Assembly (NCBI GenBank): GCA_030390025.1
Contig: CM059433.1
Location: 32,986,001-33,050,000, forward strand
Direction of reading: 5' to 3'
From: Squalus acanthias
Taxonomy: Eukaryota
Length of the DNA stretch: 64,000 bases
The notes beneath the pieces were generated by a model. It did not search any database, was not told where the DNA came from, and saw nothing but the letters and a program-made list of their open reading frames with translations. The translations under genes were made by a program, and so were the position numbers. How positions within the stretch are numbered: position 1 is the first letter of the stretch; each line of letters starts with the position of its first letter. This document shows, piece by piece, positions 16,301 through 32,800 of the stretch.

Positions 16301-19300
16301 TCTTATCAATCACATTATCAATCATAGAATCAATCACATAATCAATCATAGAAGCAATCACATGATCAAACATAGAATCAATCAGATGATCAATCATTGA
16401 ATCAACCACATGATCAATCGTAGGATCAATCACAGGATCCATCATAGAATCATGCACATGATCTATGATAGAATCAATTACTGGATAAATCATAGAATCA
16501 ATCACAGATTCAATCATGGAATCAGACATTGAATCAATCATAGAATCAATCACAGGTTCACTCACACGATCAATCACAGTTTGAATCATTGAATAGATCA
16601 CATGATCAATCACAGGAGCAATAACAGGATCAATCATGGAATCAAACAATGAATCAATCACATGATCAATCATGGAATCAATCACAGGAACAATCATAGA
16701 ATCAATCACATGATCATTACAGGATTAATCAGAGAATCAATCACATGATTAGCACAGAATTAATCACAAGATCAATCATAGAATCAATTATAGAATCAAT
16801 CACAGGAACAATCATAGAATCAATCACATGATTATCACAGGATCAATCACAGGAACAATCAATAAAACAATCATAGAATCAATCACAGGATCAAGCAAGG
16901 ATCATTCATAGAATCAGTCAGATGAACAATCACAGGATCAATCATAGAATAATTCAAATGATCTATCATAGAATCAATCATAGAATCAATAACATGATCT
17001 GTCACAGGATCACTCACAGTATCAATTATATGGTCAAGCAAAGGATCATCATAAAATCTAAAAGAAAATTAATAACAGTAGCAATCATAGAATCATCCAC
17101 ATGATCAATCATAGAATCAATCACAGGATCAATCACATGATCAATCATAGAATCAGTCACATGATCAATCATAGAATTAATCACAGCATCAATCACAGAA
17201 TGAGTCACATGATCTGACATAGAATCAATCAGAGGATCAATCATACAATCAATCAGATGATCAATCATACAATCAATCACATGATCAATCATAGAATCAA
17301 ACACATGATCAATCATAGAATCAATCACCTGATTAATCATAGAATCAATCACAGGATCAAGCATAGAATCAATCACATGATCAATCATCTAATCAATCAC
17401 ATTATCAACCATAGAATCAATCACATAATCAATCATAGAAGCAATCACATGATCAAACATAGAATCAGTCACATGATCAATCATAGAATCAATCAGAGGA
17501 TCAATCACAGAATGAGTCACATGATCTGACATAGAATCAATCAGGGGATCAATCATACAATCAATCAGATGATCAATCATAGAATCAATCACATGATCAA
17601 TCATAGAATCAATCACAGGACCAAGCATAGAATCAATCACATGATCAATCATAGAATCAATCTTAGAATCAATCACATGGTCAATCACAGGATCAATCAT
17701 TGAATCAATCACATGATCAATCGTAGGATCAATCACAGGATCCATCATAGAATCAGTCACATGATATATGATAGAATCAATTACTGGATAAATCATACAA
17801 TCAAACACAGGATCAATCATGGAATCAGACATTGAATCAATCATAGAATCAATCACAGGATCAATCACATGATCAATCACAGGATCAAGCATAGAATCAA
17901 TCACATGATCTGTCATAGAAACAATCATAGGATCAATCATAGAATCAATCACAGGATTAATCACAGAATCAATCACATGATCAATCACAGATTCACTCAA
18001 AGATTCAATCACATGATTAATCATAGGATCAATCACATTATTAATCAAATAATCAATCATATAATCTATCACTAGATCAATCACAGAATCAATCACATGA
18101 TCAATCATAGAATCAATCACATGATCATACATACAATTAATCACATGATCAATCATAGAATCAATCACATGATCAATCATAGAATCAATCACAGGATCAA
18201 TCTTAGAATCAATCACATGATCAATCGTAGAATCAATCACAGGATCAATGATAGAATCAGTCACATGATCTGTCAAAGAATCAATCACAGTATCAATCAT
18301 AGAATCAATCAGATGATCAATCATACAATCAATCACATGATCATCACAGGATCAATCACAGGAACAATCAATGAAATAATCATAGAATCAATCACAGTAT
18401 CAAGCAAGGATCAATCATAGAATCAGTAAGATGAACAATCACAGGATCACTCATAGAATAAATCAAATGATCTATCATAGAATCAATCATAGAATCAATA
18501 ATATGATCTGTCACAGAATCAATCACAGGATCAATGATAGAATCAATCACAGGATCAATCATAGAATCAATCACAGGATCAATCATAGAATCAATCACAG
18601 GATCAATCATAGAATAATTCAAATGATCTACTAGAGAATCAATCATAGAATCAAAAATATGATCTGTCACAGAATCACTCACGGGATCAATCACATGATC
18701 AACCACAGGATCAAATAAAGAATGAATCAAAGGAACAATAATAGAATCAATCACATGATCAATCACATGATCAATCATCGAATCAATCACTGGATCAATC
18801 ACATGATCAATCATAGAATAAATCAAATGATCTATCATAGAATCAATCATAGAATCAATAATATGATCAATCATAGAATTAATCACAGGCTCAAGCATAG
18901 AATCAATCACATCATCAATCATAGAATCAAACACATGATCAATCTTTGAATCAATCATATAATCAATCACAAGATCAATCACAGAATCAATCACATGATC
19001 AATCATAGAATCAATCACATGATCCATCATAAAATATATCACATGAACAATCATAGAATCAATTACATGACCAATCATAGAATCAATCACAGGGTCAATC
19101 TTAGAATCAATCACATGATCAATCGTAGAATCAATCACAGGATCAATCATAGAATCAATCACATGATCAATCATACAATTATTCACAAGATCAATCACAG
19201 AATCAATCACATGATCAATCATAGAATCAATGAGATGATCAATCATAGAATCAATCACAGGATCAATCGTAGAATCAAAAACATGATCAATCATAGAATC

Positions 19301-22300
19301 AATCAAATGATTATCACAGGATCAATCACAGGATCAATCATAGAATCAATCATAGAATCAATCACATGATCATCACAGGATCAATCACAGGAACCAGCAA
19401 TGAAACAATCATAGAATCAATCACAGGATCAAGCAAGGATCAATCATAGAATCAGTAAGATGAACAATCACAGGATCAATCATAGAATAAATCAAATGAT
19501 CTATCATAGAATCAATCATAGAATCAATAATATGATCTGTCACAGGCTCGCTCACAGGATCAATCACATGATCAACCACAGGATCATCATAAAATCTAAC
19601 AGAATATAAATTACAGGTGCAATCACAGAATCAATCACATGATCAATCATAGAATCAATCACATGATAAATCATATAATCCAACATAGAATCAATCACAT
19701 CATCAATCACATGATCAATCATAGAATCAGTCACATGTTCAATCATATAATCTATCATAGGATCAATCACCGAATCAGTCACATGAACTGACATAGAATC
19801 AATCAGGGGATCAATGATAGAATCAATCACATGATCAATCATAGAATCAATCAAATGATCAATCACAGAATCAATCACAAGATCAATCACAGAATCAATC
19901 ACATGATCAATCATAGAATCAATCACATGATAAATCACATGATCAATCATAGAATCATTCACATGATTAATCATAGAATCAATCACAGGATCAATCACAT
20001 AATGAGTCACATGATCTGACATAGATTCAATCAGAGCATCAGTCATAGAATCAATCAGATGACCAAACATAGAATCAATCACATGATCAATCATGGAATC
20101 AATCACATGATCAATCATAGAATCTATCACATGCTCAATCATAGAATCAATCACAGGCTCAAGCATAGAATCAGTCCCATGATCAATCATACAATCAATC
20201 ACAAGATCAATCACAGAATCAATCACTTGATCAATCATAGAATCAATCACATGATCAATCATACAATTAATCACATGATCAATCATAGAAACAATCACAT
20301 GATCAATCGTAGAATCAATCACAGGATCAATGATAGAATCAGTCACATGATCTGACATAGAATCAATCACAGGATCAATCATAGAATCAATCAGATGATC
20401 AATCATAGAATCAATCACATGATCAATCATAGAATCAATCACAGGATCAATCAGAGAATCAATCACATGATCAATCATAGAATCAATCACATGATCAATC
20501 AGAGAATCTATCACATGATCAATCGTAGAATCAAAAACATGATCAATCATAGAATCAATCACATGATGCTCACAGGATCAATCACAGGATCAATCATAGA
20601 ATCAATCATAGAATCAATCACATGATCATCACAGGATCAATCACGGGAACCATCAATGAAACAATCATAGAATCAATCACAGGATCAAGCAAGGATCAAT
20701 AATAGAATCAGTAAGATGAACAATCACAGGATCAATCATAGAATAAATCAAATGATCTATCATAGAATCAATCAAAGAATCAATAACATGATCTGTCACA
20801 GGATCACTCACAGGATCAATCACATGATCAACCACAGGATCATCAGAAAATCTAACAGAAAATAAATCACTGGAGCAATCATAAAATCAATCACATGATC
20901 AATCATAGATTCAATCACATGATAATTCATACAATCAATCATAGAATCAAGCACATCATCGATCACATGATCAATCATAGAATCAGTCACATGTTCAATC
21001 ATAGAATCTATCACAGGATCAATCACAGAATCATTCACATGATCTGACATGCAATCAATCAGGGGATCAATCATAGAATCAATCAGGTGATCAATCATAG
21101 AATCAATCAAATGATCAATCATAGAATCAATCACATGATTAATCATAGAATAAATGACATGATCAAGCATAGATTCAATCACATGATCAATCATAGAATC
21201 AATCACAGGATCAAGCAAGGATCAATAATAGAATCAGTAAGATGAACAATCACAGGATCAATCATAGAATAAATCAAATGATCTATCATAGAATCAATCA
21301 AAGAATCAATAACATGATCTGTCACAGGATCACTCACAGGATCAATCACATGATCAACCACAGGATCATCAGAAAATCTAACAGAAAATAAATCACTGGA
21401 GCAATCATAAAATCAATCACATGATCAATCATAGATTCAATCACATGATAATTCATACAATCAATCATAGAATCAAGCACATCATCGATCACATGATCAA
21501 TCATAGAATCAGTCACATGTTCAATCATAGAATCTATCACAGGATCAATCACAGAATCATTCACATGATCTGACATGCAATCAATCAGGGGATCAATCAT
21601 AGAATCAATCAGGTGATCAATCATAGAATCAATCAAATGATCAATCATAGAATCAATCACATGATTAATCATAGAATAAATGACATGATCAAGCATAGAT
21701 TCAATCACATGATCAATCATAGAATCAATCACAGGATCAATCATAGAATCAATAACATGATCAATCATAGAATCATTCACATGATTAATCATACAATCAG
21801 TCACATAATCAATCAGAGAATCAATCAGATGATCAATCATTGAATCAATCACATGATCAATGATATAATCAATCACAGGATCAATCATAGAATCAATCAC
21901 AGGATCAGTCATAGAATCAATCACAGGATCAATCATAGAATCATTCACATGATTAATCATAGAATCAATCACATAATCAATCATAGAATCAATCACATGA
22001 TCAGTCATAGAATCAATCAGATGACCAATCATTGAATCAGTCAGATGAACAATCACAGGATCAATCATAGAATAAATCAAATGATCTATCATAGAATCAA
22101 TCATAGAATCAATAACATGATCTGTCACAGGATCACTCACAGTATCAATTATATGGCCACCAAAGGATCATCATAAAATCTAAAAGAAAATTAATAACAG
22201 TAGCAATCATAGAATCATCCACATGATCAATCATAGAATCAATCACAGGATCAATAACATGATCAATCATAGAATCATTCACATGATCAATTATAGAATT

Positions 22301-22584
22301 AGTCACAGCATCAATCACAGAATGAGTCACATGATCTGACATAGAATCAATCAGAGGATCAATCATACAATCAATCAGATGATCAATCATAGAATCAATC
22401 ACATGATCAATCTTTGAATCAATCATATAATCAATCACAAGATCAATCACAGAATCAATCACATGTTCAATCATAGAATCAATCACATGATCAATCATAA
22501 AATATATCACATGATCAAACATATAATCAATTACATGATCAATCATAGAATCAATCACAGGATCAATCTTAGAATCAATCACAT
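10341..22584. repeat. Higher-order repeat, copy 2 (12,244 bp = 10,340 + 1,378 + 526 internal tandem duplications)
   Basis: ORF-track offsets of 11,718 (1778/13496, 3954/15672, 7846/19564), 1,378 (11391/12769), 526 (20820/21346) and 12,244 (10531/22775) add up consistently. Confidence 0.93.
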
Positions 22585-25500
22585 GATCAATCGTAGAATC
22601 AATCACAGGATCAATGATAGAATCAGTCACATGAACTGACATAGAATCAATCACAGGATCAATCATAGAATCAATCACATGATCAATCATACAATTAATC
22701 ACAAGATCAATCACAGAATCAATCACATGATCTGACATGCAATCAATCAGGGGATCAATCATAGAATCAATCAGGTGATCAATCATAGAATCAATCAGAT
22801 GATCAATCATAGAATCAATCACATGATCAATCATAGAATCAATCACAGGATCAATCAGAGAATCAATCACCTGATCAGTCATAGAATCAATCACATGATC
22901 AATCAGAGAATCTATCACATGATCAATCGTAGAATCAAAAACATGATCAATCATAGAATCAATCAAATTATTATCACAGGATCAATCACAGGATCAATCA
23001 TAGAATCAATCATAGAATCAATCACATGATCATCACAGGATCAATCACAGGAACCAGCAATGAAACAATCATAGAATCAATCACAGGATCAAGCAAGGAT
23101 CAATCATAGAATCAGTAAGATGAACAATCACAGGATCAATCATAGAATAAATCAAATGATCTATCATAGAATCAATCATAGAATTAATAATATGATCTGT
23201 CACAGGCTCGCTCACAGGATCAATCACATGATCAACCACAGGATCATCATAAAATATAACAGAATATAAATTACAGGTGCAATCACAGAATCAATCACAT
23301 GATCAATCATAGAATCAATCACATGATAAATCATATAATCAATCACATGATTAATCATAGAATCAATAACATGATCAATCATAGAATCATTCACATGATT
23401 AATCATACAATCAGTCACATAATCAATCAGAGAATCAATCAGATGATCAATCATTGAATCAATCACATGATCAAAGATATAATCAATCACAGGAGCAATC
23501 ATAGAATCAATCACAGGATCAGTCATAGAATCAATCACAGGATCAATCATAGAATCATTCACATGATTAATCATAGAATCAATCACACGATCAGTCATAG
23601 AATCAATCAGATGACCAATCATTGAATCAGTCAGATGAACAATCACAGGATCAATCATAGAATAAATCAAATGATCTATCATAGAATCAATCATAGAATC
23701 AATAACATGTCCTGTCACAGGATCACTCACAGTATCAATTATATGGTCAACCAAAGGATCATCGTAAAATCTAAAAGAAAATTAATAACAGTAGCAATCA
23801 TAGAATCAGTCACATGATCAATCATAGAATTAGTCACAGCATCAACAACAGAATGAGTCACATGATCTAACATAGAATCAATCAGAGCATCAATCATACA
23901 ATCAATCACATGATCGATCATCTAATCAATCACATTATCAACCATAGAATCAATCACATAATCAATCACAGAAGCAAACACATGATCAAACATAGAATCA
24001 ATCAGATGATCAATCATCGGAACAATTATAGAATCAAGCAAAGGATCAATCACAGGAACAATCAAACAATTTTTCGCATGATCAAACATAGAATCAATCA
24101 CAGAATCAATCACATCATCAATCATAGAATCAATCACATGATCAATCATAGAATGAATCACATGATCAATCATAGAATCAATCACAGAATCAATCATAGA
24201 ATCAATCAGATGATCTATCATAGAATCAATCACATGATCAATCATAGAATCAAACACAGGATCAATCAGAGAATCAATCCCATGATCAATCATAGAATCG
24301 ATCACATGTTCAATCATAGAATCTATCACAGGATCAATCACAGAATCATTCACATGATCTGACATGCAATCAATCAGGGGATCAATCATAGAATCAATCA
24401 GGTGATCAATCACAGAATCAATCAAATGATCAATCATAGAATCAATCACATGATTAATCATAGAATAAATGACATGATCAAGCATAGATTCAATCACATG
24501 ATCAATCATAGAATCAATCACATGATCAATCATACAATTAATCACATGATCAATCATAGAAACAATCACATGATCAATCGTAGAATCAATCACAGGATCA
24601 ATGATAGAATCAGTCACATGATCTGACATAGAATCAATCACAGGATCAATCATAGAATCAATCAGATGATCAATCATAGAATCAATCACATGATCAATCA
24701 TAGAATCAATCACAGGATCAATCAGAGAATCAATCACATGATCAATCATAGAATCAATCACATGATCAATCAGAGAATCTATCACATGATCAATCGTAGA
24801 ATCAAAAACATGATCAATCATAGAATCAATCACATGATGATCACAGGATCAATCACAGGATCAATCATAGAATCAATCATAGAATCAATCACATGATCAT
24901 CACAGGATCAATCACGGGAACCATCAATGAAACAATCATAGAATCAATCACAGGATCAAGCAAGGATCAATAATAGAATCAGTAAGATGAACAATCACAG
25001 GATCAATCATAGAATAAATCAAATGATCTATCATAGAATCAATCAAAGAATCAATAACATGATCTGTCACAGGATCACTCACAGGATCAATCACATGATC
25101 AACCACAGGATCATCAGAAAATCTAACAGAAAATAAATCACTGGAGCAATCATAAAATCAATCACATGATCAATCATAGATTCAATCACATGATAATTCA
25201 TACAATCAATCATAGAATCAAGCACATCATCGATCACATGATCAATCATAGAATCAGTCACATGTTCAATCATAGAATCTATCACAGGATCAATCACAGA
25301 ATCATTCACATGATCTGACATGCAATCAATCAGGGGATCAATCATAGAATCAATCAGGTGATCAATCATAGAATCAATCAAATGATCAATCATAGAATCA
25401 ATCACATGATTAATCATAGAATAAATGACATGATCAATCATAGATTCAATCACATGATCAATCATAGAATCAATCACAGGATCAATCATAGAATCAATAA

Positions 25501-28500
25501 CATGATCAATCATAGAATCATTCACATGATTAATCATACAATCAGTCACATAATCAATCAGAGAATCAATCAGATGATCAATCATTGAATCAATCACAGG
25601 ATCAATCATAGAATCAATCACAGGATCAGTCATAGAATCAATCACAGGATCAATCATAGAATCAATCAGATGATCTATCATAGAATCAATCACATGATCA
25701 ATCATAGAATCAAACACAGGATCAATCAGAGAATCAATCCCATGATCAATCATAGAATCAATCACATGATCAATCATAGAATCAATCACATGATCGATCA
25801 TAGAATGAGTCACGTGATCTATCAAGAATCAATCACATGATCAAACATAGAATCAATCACATGATCAATCACATGATCAATCATTGAATCAATCAAATAT
25901 TCGAACACACGATCAATCATGGAATCAATCACATTATCAATCATAATATCAATCACATCATCGAGCACATGTTCAATCATAGAATCTATCACAGGATCAA
26001 TCAGAGAATCAGTCAGATGATCTGACATGGAATCAATCAGGGGATCAATCATAGAATCAGTCAGATGATCAATCATAGAATCAATCAAATGATGAATCAT
26101 AGAATCAATCACAAGATCAATCACAGAATCAATCACATGATCAATCATAGAATCAATCACATGATTAAACATAGAATAAATGACATGATCAAGCATAGAT
26201 TCAATCACATGATCAATCATAGAATCAAACACATGATCAATCATAGAATCATTCACATGATCGATCATAGAATCAGTCACGTGATCTATCATAGAATCAA
26301 TCACATGATCAAACATAGAATCAATCACATGATCAATCATATAATCATTCACATGATTAATCATTGAATCAATCACATGATCAATCGTAGAATCAATCAG
26401 ATGATCAATCATTGAATCAATCACATGATCAATCGTAGGATGAATTACAGGATCAATCATAGAATCATTCACCTGATCTATGATACAATTAAGTATTGGA
26501 TAAATCATAGAATCAATCACAGGATCAATCATGGAAACAGTCATTGAATAAATCATAGAATCAATCAGAGAAACAATCACAGGATGAATCACAGGATCAA
26601 TCACAGGATGAATCATTGAATAGATCACATGATCAATCACATGATCAATCATGCACTCATTCACATGATCAATCATAGAATCCATCACATGATCAAACAT
26701 AGAATCAATCACATGATCAATCATAGGAACAATTATAGAATTAAGCAAAGGATCAATCACAGGAACAATCAAACAATCAATCGCATGATCAGACATAGAA
26801 TCAATCACATGATCAATCACATGATCAATCATAGAATCAATCACAAAATCAATCACAGAATCAATCACAGAGTCAATCACATCATCAATCATAGAATGAA
26901 TCACATGATCAATCATAGAATCAATCACAGGATCAATCATAGAATCAATCACAGGATCAATCATAGAATCAATCACAGGATCAATCATAGAATCAATCAC
27001 ATGATCAATCATATAATCAAACACAGGATCAATCAGAGAATCAAACCCATGATCAATCATAGAATCAATCATATGATCAATCATAGAATCAATCACATGA
27101 TCGATCATAGAATCAGTCACATGATCTATCATAGAATTAATCACATGATCAAACATAGAATCAATCACATGATCATTCACATGATCAATCATAGAATCAA
27201 TCAAATGATCGATCACGGGATCAATCATGGAATCAGTCACATTATCAATCATAGAAGCAATCACATGATCAATTAATGAATCAAATAGATGATCAATCAT
27301 AGAATCAATCACATGCTCAATCATAGAATCAATCATATGATCAATCACATGATCAATCATAGAATCAATCACAGGATCAATCAGAGAATCAATCACATGA
27401 TCATCACAGGATCAATCACAGGAACAATCAATGAAACAATCATAGAATCAATCAGATGATCAAGCAAGGATCATTCATAGAATCAGTCAGATGAACAATC
27501 ATAGGATCAATCATAGAATAAATCAAATGATCTATCATAGAATCAATCATAGAATCAATAATATGATCTGTCACAGGATCACTCACAGGATCAATCATAT
27601 GATCTACCAAAGGATCATCATAAAATCTAAAAGAAAATCAATAACAGGAGCAATCATAGAATCAATCACATGATCAATCATAGATTCAATCACAGGATCA
27701 ATCACAGGATCAATCATAGAATCGATCACATGATAAATCATAGAATCAATCATAGAATGAATCACATGATCAATTACATGATCAATCATAGAATCAGTCA
27801 CATGATCAATCATAGAATCAATCACAGGATCAATCACAGAATGAGTCACATGATCTGACATAGAATCAATCAGGGGATCAATCATACAATCAATCAGATG
27901 ATCAATCATAGAATCAATCACATGATCAATCATAGAAACAAACACATAATCAATCATAAAATCAATCACATGATCAATCATAGAATCAATCACAGGACCA
28001 AGCATAGAATCAATCACATGATCAATCATAGAATCAATCTTAGAATCAATCACATGATCAATCACAGGATCAATCATAGAATCAATCACAGGATCAAACA
28101 TAGAATCAATCAGATGATCAATCATAGAATCAATCATAAAATCAATCACATGATCAATGATAGATTCAATCACATGATCAATCATAGAATCAATCACAGG
28201 ATCAATCATAGAATCAACCACATGATCAATCATCTTATCAATCACATTATCAATCATTGAATCAACCACATGATCAATCGTAGGATCAATCACAGGATCC
28301 ATCATAGAATCATGCACATCATCTATGATAGAATCAATTACTGGATAAATCATAGAATCAATCACAGATTCAATCATGGAATCAGACATTGAATCAATCA
28401 TAGAATCAATCACAGGTTCACTCACACGATCAATCACAGTTTGAATCATTGAATAGATCACATGATCAATCACAGGAGCAATAACAGGATCAATCATGGA

Positions 28501-29800
28501 ATCAAACAATGAATCAATCACATGATCAATCATGGAATCAATCACAGGAACAATCATAGAATCAATCACATGATTATCACAGGATCAATCACAGGAACAA
28601 TCAATGAAACAATCATAGAATCAATCACAGGATCAAGCAAGGATCATTCATAGAATCAGTCAGATGAACAATCACAGGATCAATCATAGAATAATTCAAA
28701 TGATCTATCATAGAATCAATCATAGAATCAATAACATGATCTGTCACAGGATCACTCACAGTATCAATTATATGGTCAAGCAAAGGATCATCATAAAATC
28801 TAAAAGAAAATTAATAACAGTAGCAATCATAGAATCATCCACATGATCAATCATAGAATCAATCACAGGATCAATCACATGATCAATCATAGAATCAGTC
28901 ACATGATCAATCATAGAATTAATCACAGCATCAATCACAGAATGAGTCACATGATCTGACATAGAATCAATCAGAGGATCAATCATACAATCAATCAGAT
29001 GATCAATCATACAATCAATCACATGATCAATCATAGAATCAAACACATGATCAATCATAGAATCAATCACCTGATTAATCATAGAATCAATCACAGGATC
29101 AAGCATAGAATCAATCACATGATCAATCATCTAATCAATCACATTATCAACCATAGAATCAATCACATAATCAATCATAGAAGCAATCACATGATCAAAC
29201 ATAGAATCAGTCACATGATCAATCATAGAATCAATCAGAGGATCAATCACAGAATGAGTCACATGATCTGACATAGAATCAATCAGGGGATCAATCATAC
29301 AATCAATCAGATGATCAATCATAGAATCAATCACATGATCAATCATAGAATCAATCACAGGACCAAGCATAGAATCAATCACATGATCAATCATAGAATC
29401 AATCTTAGAATCAATCACATGATCAATCACAGGATCAATCATTGAATCAATCACATGATCAATCGTAGGATCAATCACAGGATCCATCATAGAATCAGTC
29501 ACATGATATATGATAGAATCAATTACTGGATAAATCATACAATCAAACACAGGATCAATCATGGAATCAGACATTGAATCAATCATAGAATCAATCACAG
29601 GATCAATCACATGATCAATCACAGGATCAAGCATAGAATCAATCACATGATCTGTCATAGAAACAATCATAGGATCAATCATAGAATCAATCACAGGATT
29701 AATCACAGAATCAATCACATGATCAATCACAGATTCACTCAAAGATTCAATCACATGATTAATCATAGGATCAATCACATTATTAATCAAATAATCAATC
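22585..29800. repeat. Higher-order repeat, copy 3, rearranged/partial
   Basis: Matches the unit start until ~24300, switches to unit positions ~8500-9700, returns to ~1600 at ~25670, then follows the unit with deletions to about position 6330. End is approximate. Confidence 0.8.
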
Positions 29801-32800
29801 ATAGAATCTATCACAGGATCAATCACAGAATCAATCACATGATCTATCATAGAATCAGTCATATTAGCAATCTTGCAATCCATCAAAGGATCATACACAG
29901 GAGCAAACATAGAATCAAGCACAAGCTAAATCAAAAAACAATCACAGGATCAATCATATAATCAATGATAGAATTAATCACATGATCAATCATAGAATCA
30001 ATCACATGATAAATCATAGAAATAATCACATGATCAATCACAGGATTAATCAGAGAATCAATCACAGGAACAATCATAGAATCAATCACATGATCAATCA
30101 TGGAATCAATCACACGATCAATCATAGAATCAGTCAGATGATCAATCATAGAATCAATCAAAGGATCAATCATAGAATCAATCACAGGAACAATCATAGA
30201 ATCAATCACATGATCATCACAGGATCAATCACAGGAACAATCAATGAAACAATCATAGAATCAATCACAGGATCAATCACAGGATCAATCATAGAATAAT
30301 TCAAATGATCTACCACAGAAGCAATCAAAGAATCAATAATATGATCTGTCACAGGATCACTTACAGGATCAATCACATGATCAACCATAGGATCATCATA
30401 AACGCTAACGTGATCAATCATAGAATCAATCACATGATCAATCATAGAATCAATCACATGATCAATCACAAAATCAAAAAAAGAATCAATCAAAGGAACA
30501 ATCATAGAATCAATCACATGATCAGTCAAATTTTCAATCATCGAATCAATCACAGGATCAATCACATGATCAAGCATAGAATCAATCACATGATCAATCA
30601 TCGAATCAATCACATTATCAACCATAGAATCAATCACATAATCAATCATAGAAGCAATCACATGATCAAACATAGAATCAATCAGATGATCAATCATTGA
30701 ATCAATCACATGATCAATCGTAGGATCAATCACAGGCTCAATCGTAGAATCAGTCACATGATCTGTGTTAGAATCAATTCCTGGATAAATCACAGAATCA
30801 ATCACAGGTTAAATCATGGAATCAGTCATTGAATCAATCATAGAATCAATCAGTGGATCAATCACATGATCAATCACAGGATGAATCATTGAATAGATCA
30901 CATGATCAATCACAGGATCAATCATGAAATCAGTCACATGATCAATCATAGAATCAATGACAGGGTCTATCATGGAATCAAACATTGAATCAATCACATC
31001 ATCAATCATGGAATCAATCATTGAAAGAATCATAGAATCAATCAAAGGATCAATCATAGAATCAATCACAGGAACAATCATAGAATCAATCACATGATCA
31101 TCACAGGATCAATCACAGGAACAATCAATGAAACAATCATAGAATCAATCACAGGATCAATCACAGGATCAATCATAGAATAATTCAAATGATCTACCAC
31201 AGAAGCAATCAAAGAATCAATAATATGATCTGTCACAGGATCACTTACAGGATCAATCACATGATCAACCATAGGATCATCATAAACGCTAACGTGATCA
31301 ATCATAGAATCAATCACATGATCAATCATAGAATCAATCACATGATCAATCACAAAATCAAAAAAAGAATCAATCAAAGGAACAATCATAGACTCAATCA
31401 CATGATCAGTCAAATTTTCAATCATCGAATCAATCACAGGATCAATCACATGATCAAGCATAGAATCAATCACATGATCAATCATCTAATCAATCACATT
31501 ATCAACCATAGAATCAATCACATGATCAGTCAAATTTTCAATCATCGAATCAATCACAGGATCAATCACATGATCAAGCATAGAATCAATCACATGATCA
31601 ATCATAGAATCAGTCATAGAATCAATCACATGATCATTCACATGATCAATCATAGAATCAGTCACATGATCAATCATGGAATCAATCACAGGATCAATCA
31701 TAGAATGAGTCACATGATCTGACATAGAATCAATAATAGGATCAATCATAGAATCAATCAGATGATCATTAAAGAATCAATCACATGATCAATCATAGAA
31801 TCAATCACACGATCAATCATAGAATCAATCACATGATCAATCATAGAATCAATGACAGGATCAAGCATAGAATCAATCACATGATCAATCATTGAATCAA
31901 TCATAGAATCAATCACAAGATCAATCACAGAATCAATGACATGATCAATCATAGGATCATCCACATGATCAATGATAGAATTAATCACATGATCAATCAT
32001 AGAATCAATCACATGATCAATCACAGGATTAATCAGAGAATCAATCACAGGAACAATCATAGAATCAATCACATGATCAATCATGGAATCAATCACACGA
32101 TCAATCATAGAATCAGTCAGATGATCAATCATAGAATCAATCACAGGATCAATCAGAGAATCAATCACATGATTATCACAGAATCAATCACAGGATCAAT
32201 CATAGAATCAATCATAGAATCAATCACAGGAACAATCACAGAATCAATCTCATGATCATCACAGGATCAATCACAGGAACAATCAATGAAACAATCATAG
32301 AATCAATCACAGGATCAAGCAAGGATCAACCATAGAATCAATCAGATGAACAATCACAGGATCAATCATAGAATAAATCAAATGATCTATCATAGAATCA
32401 ATCATAGAATCAATAATATGATCTGTCACAGGATCACTCACAGGATCAATCATATGATCAACCAGAGGATCATCATAAAATCTAAAAGAAAATCAATAAC
32501 AGGAGCAATCATAGAATCAATCACATAATCAATCATAGAATCAATCACATGATCAATCATTAAATCAATCACATGATCAATCATAGATTCAATCACACGA
32601 TCAATCATAGAATCAATCACAGGATCAATCATAGAATCAATCACATGATCAATCATAGAATCAATCACATGATCATCACAAGATCAATCACAGAATCAAT
32701 CACATGATCTATCATAGAATCATTCACATGATCAAGCATAGAATCAATCACATGATCAATCACAGGATCAAGCATAGAATCAATCACATGATCAATCACA

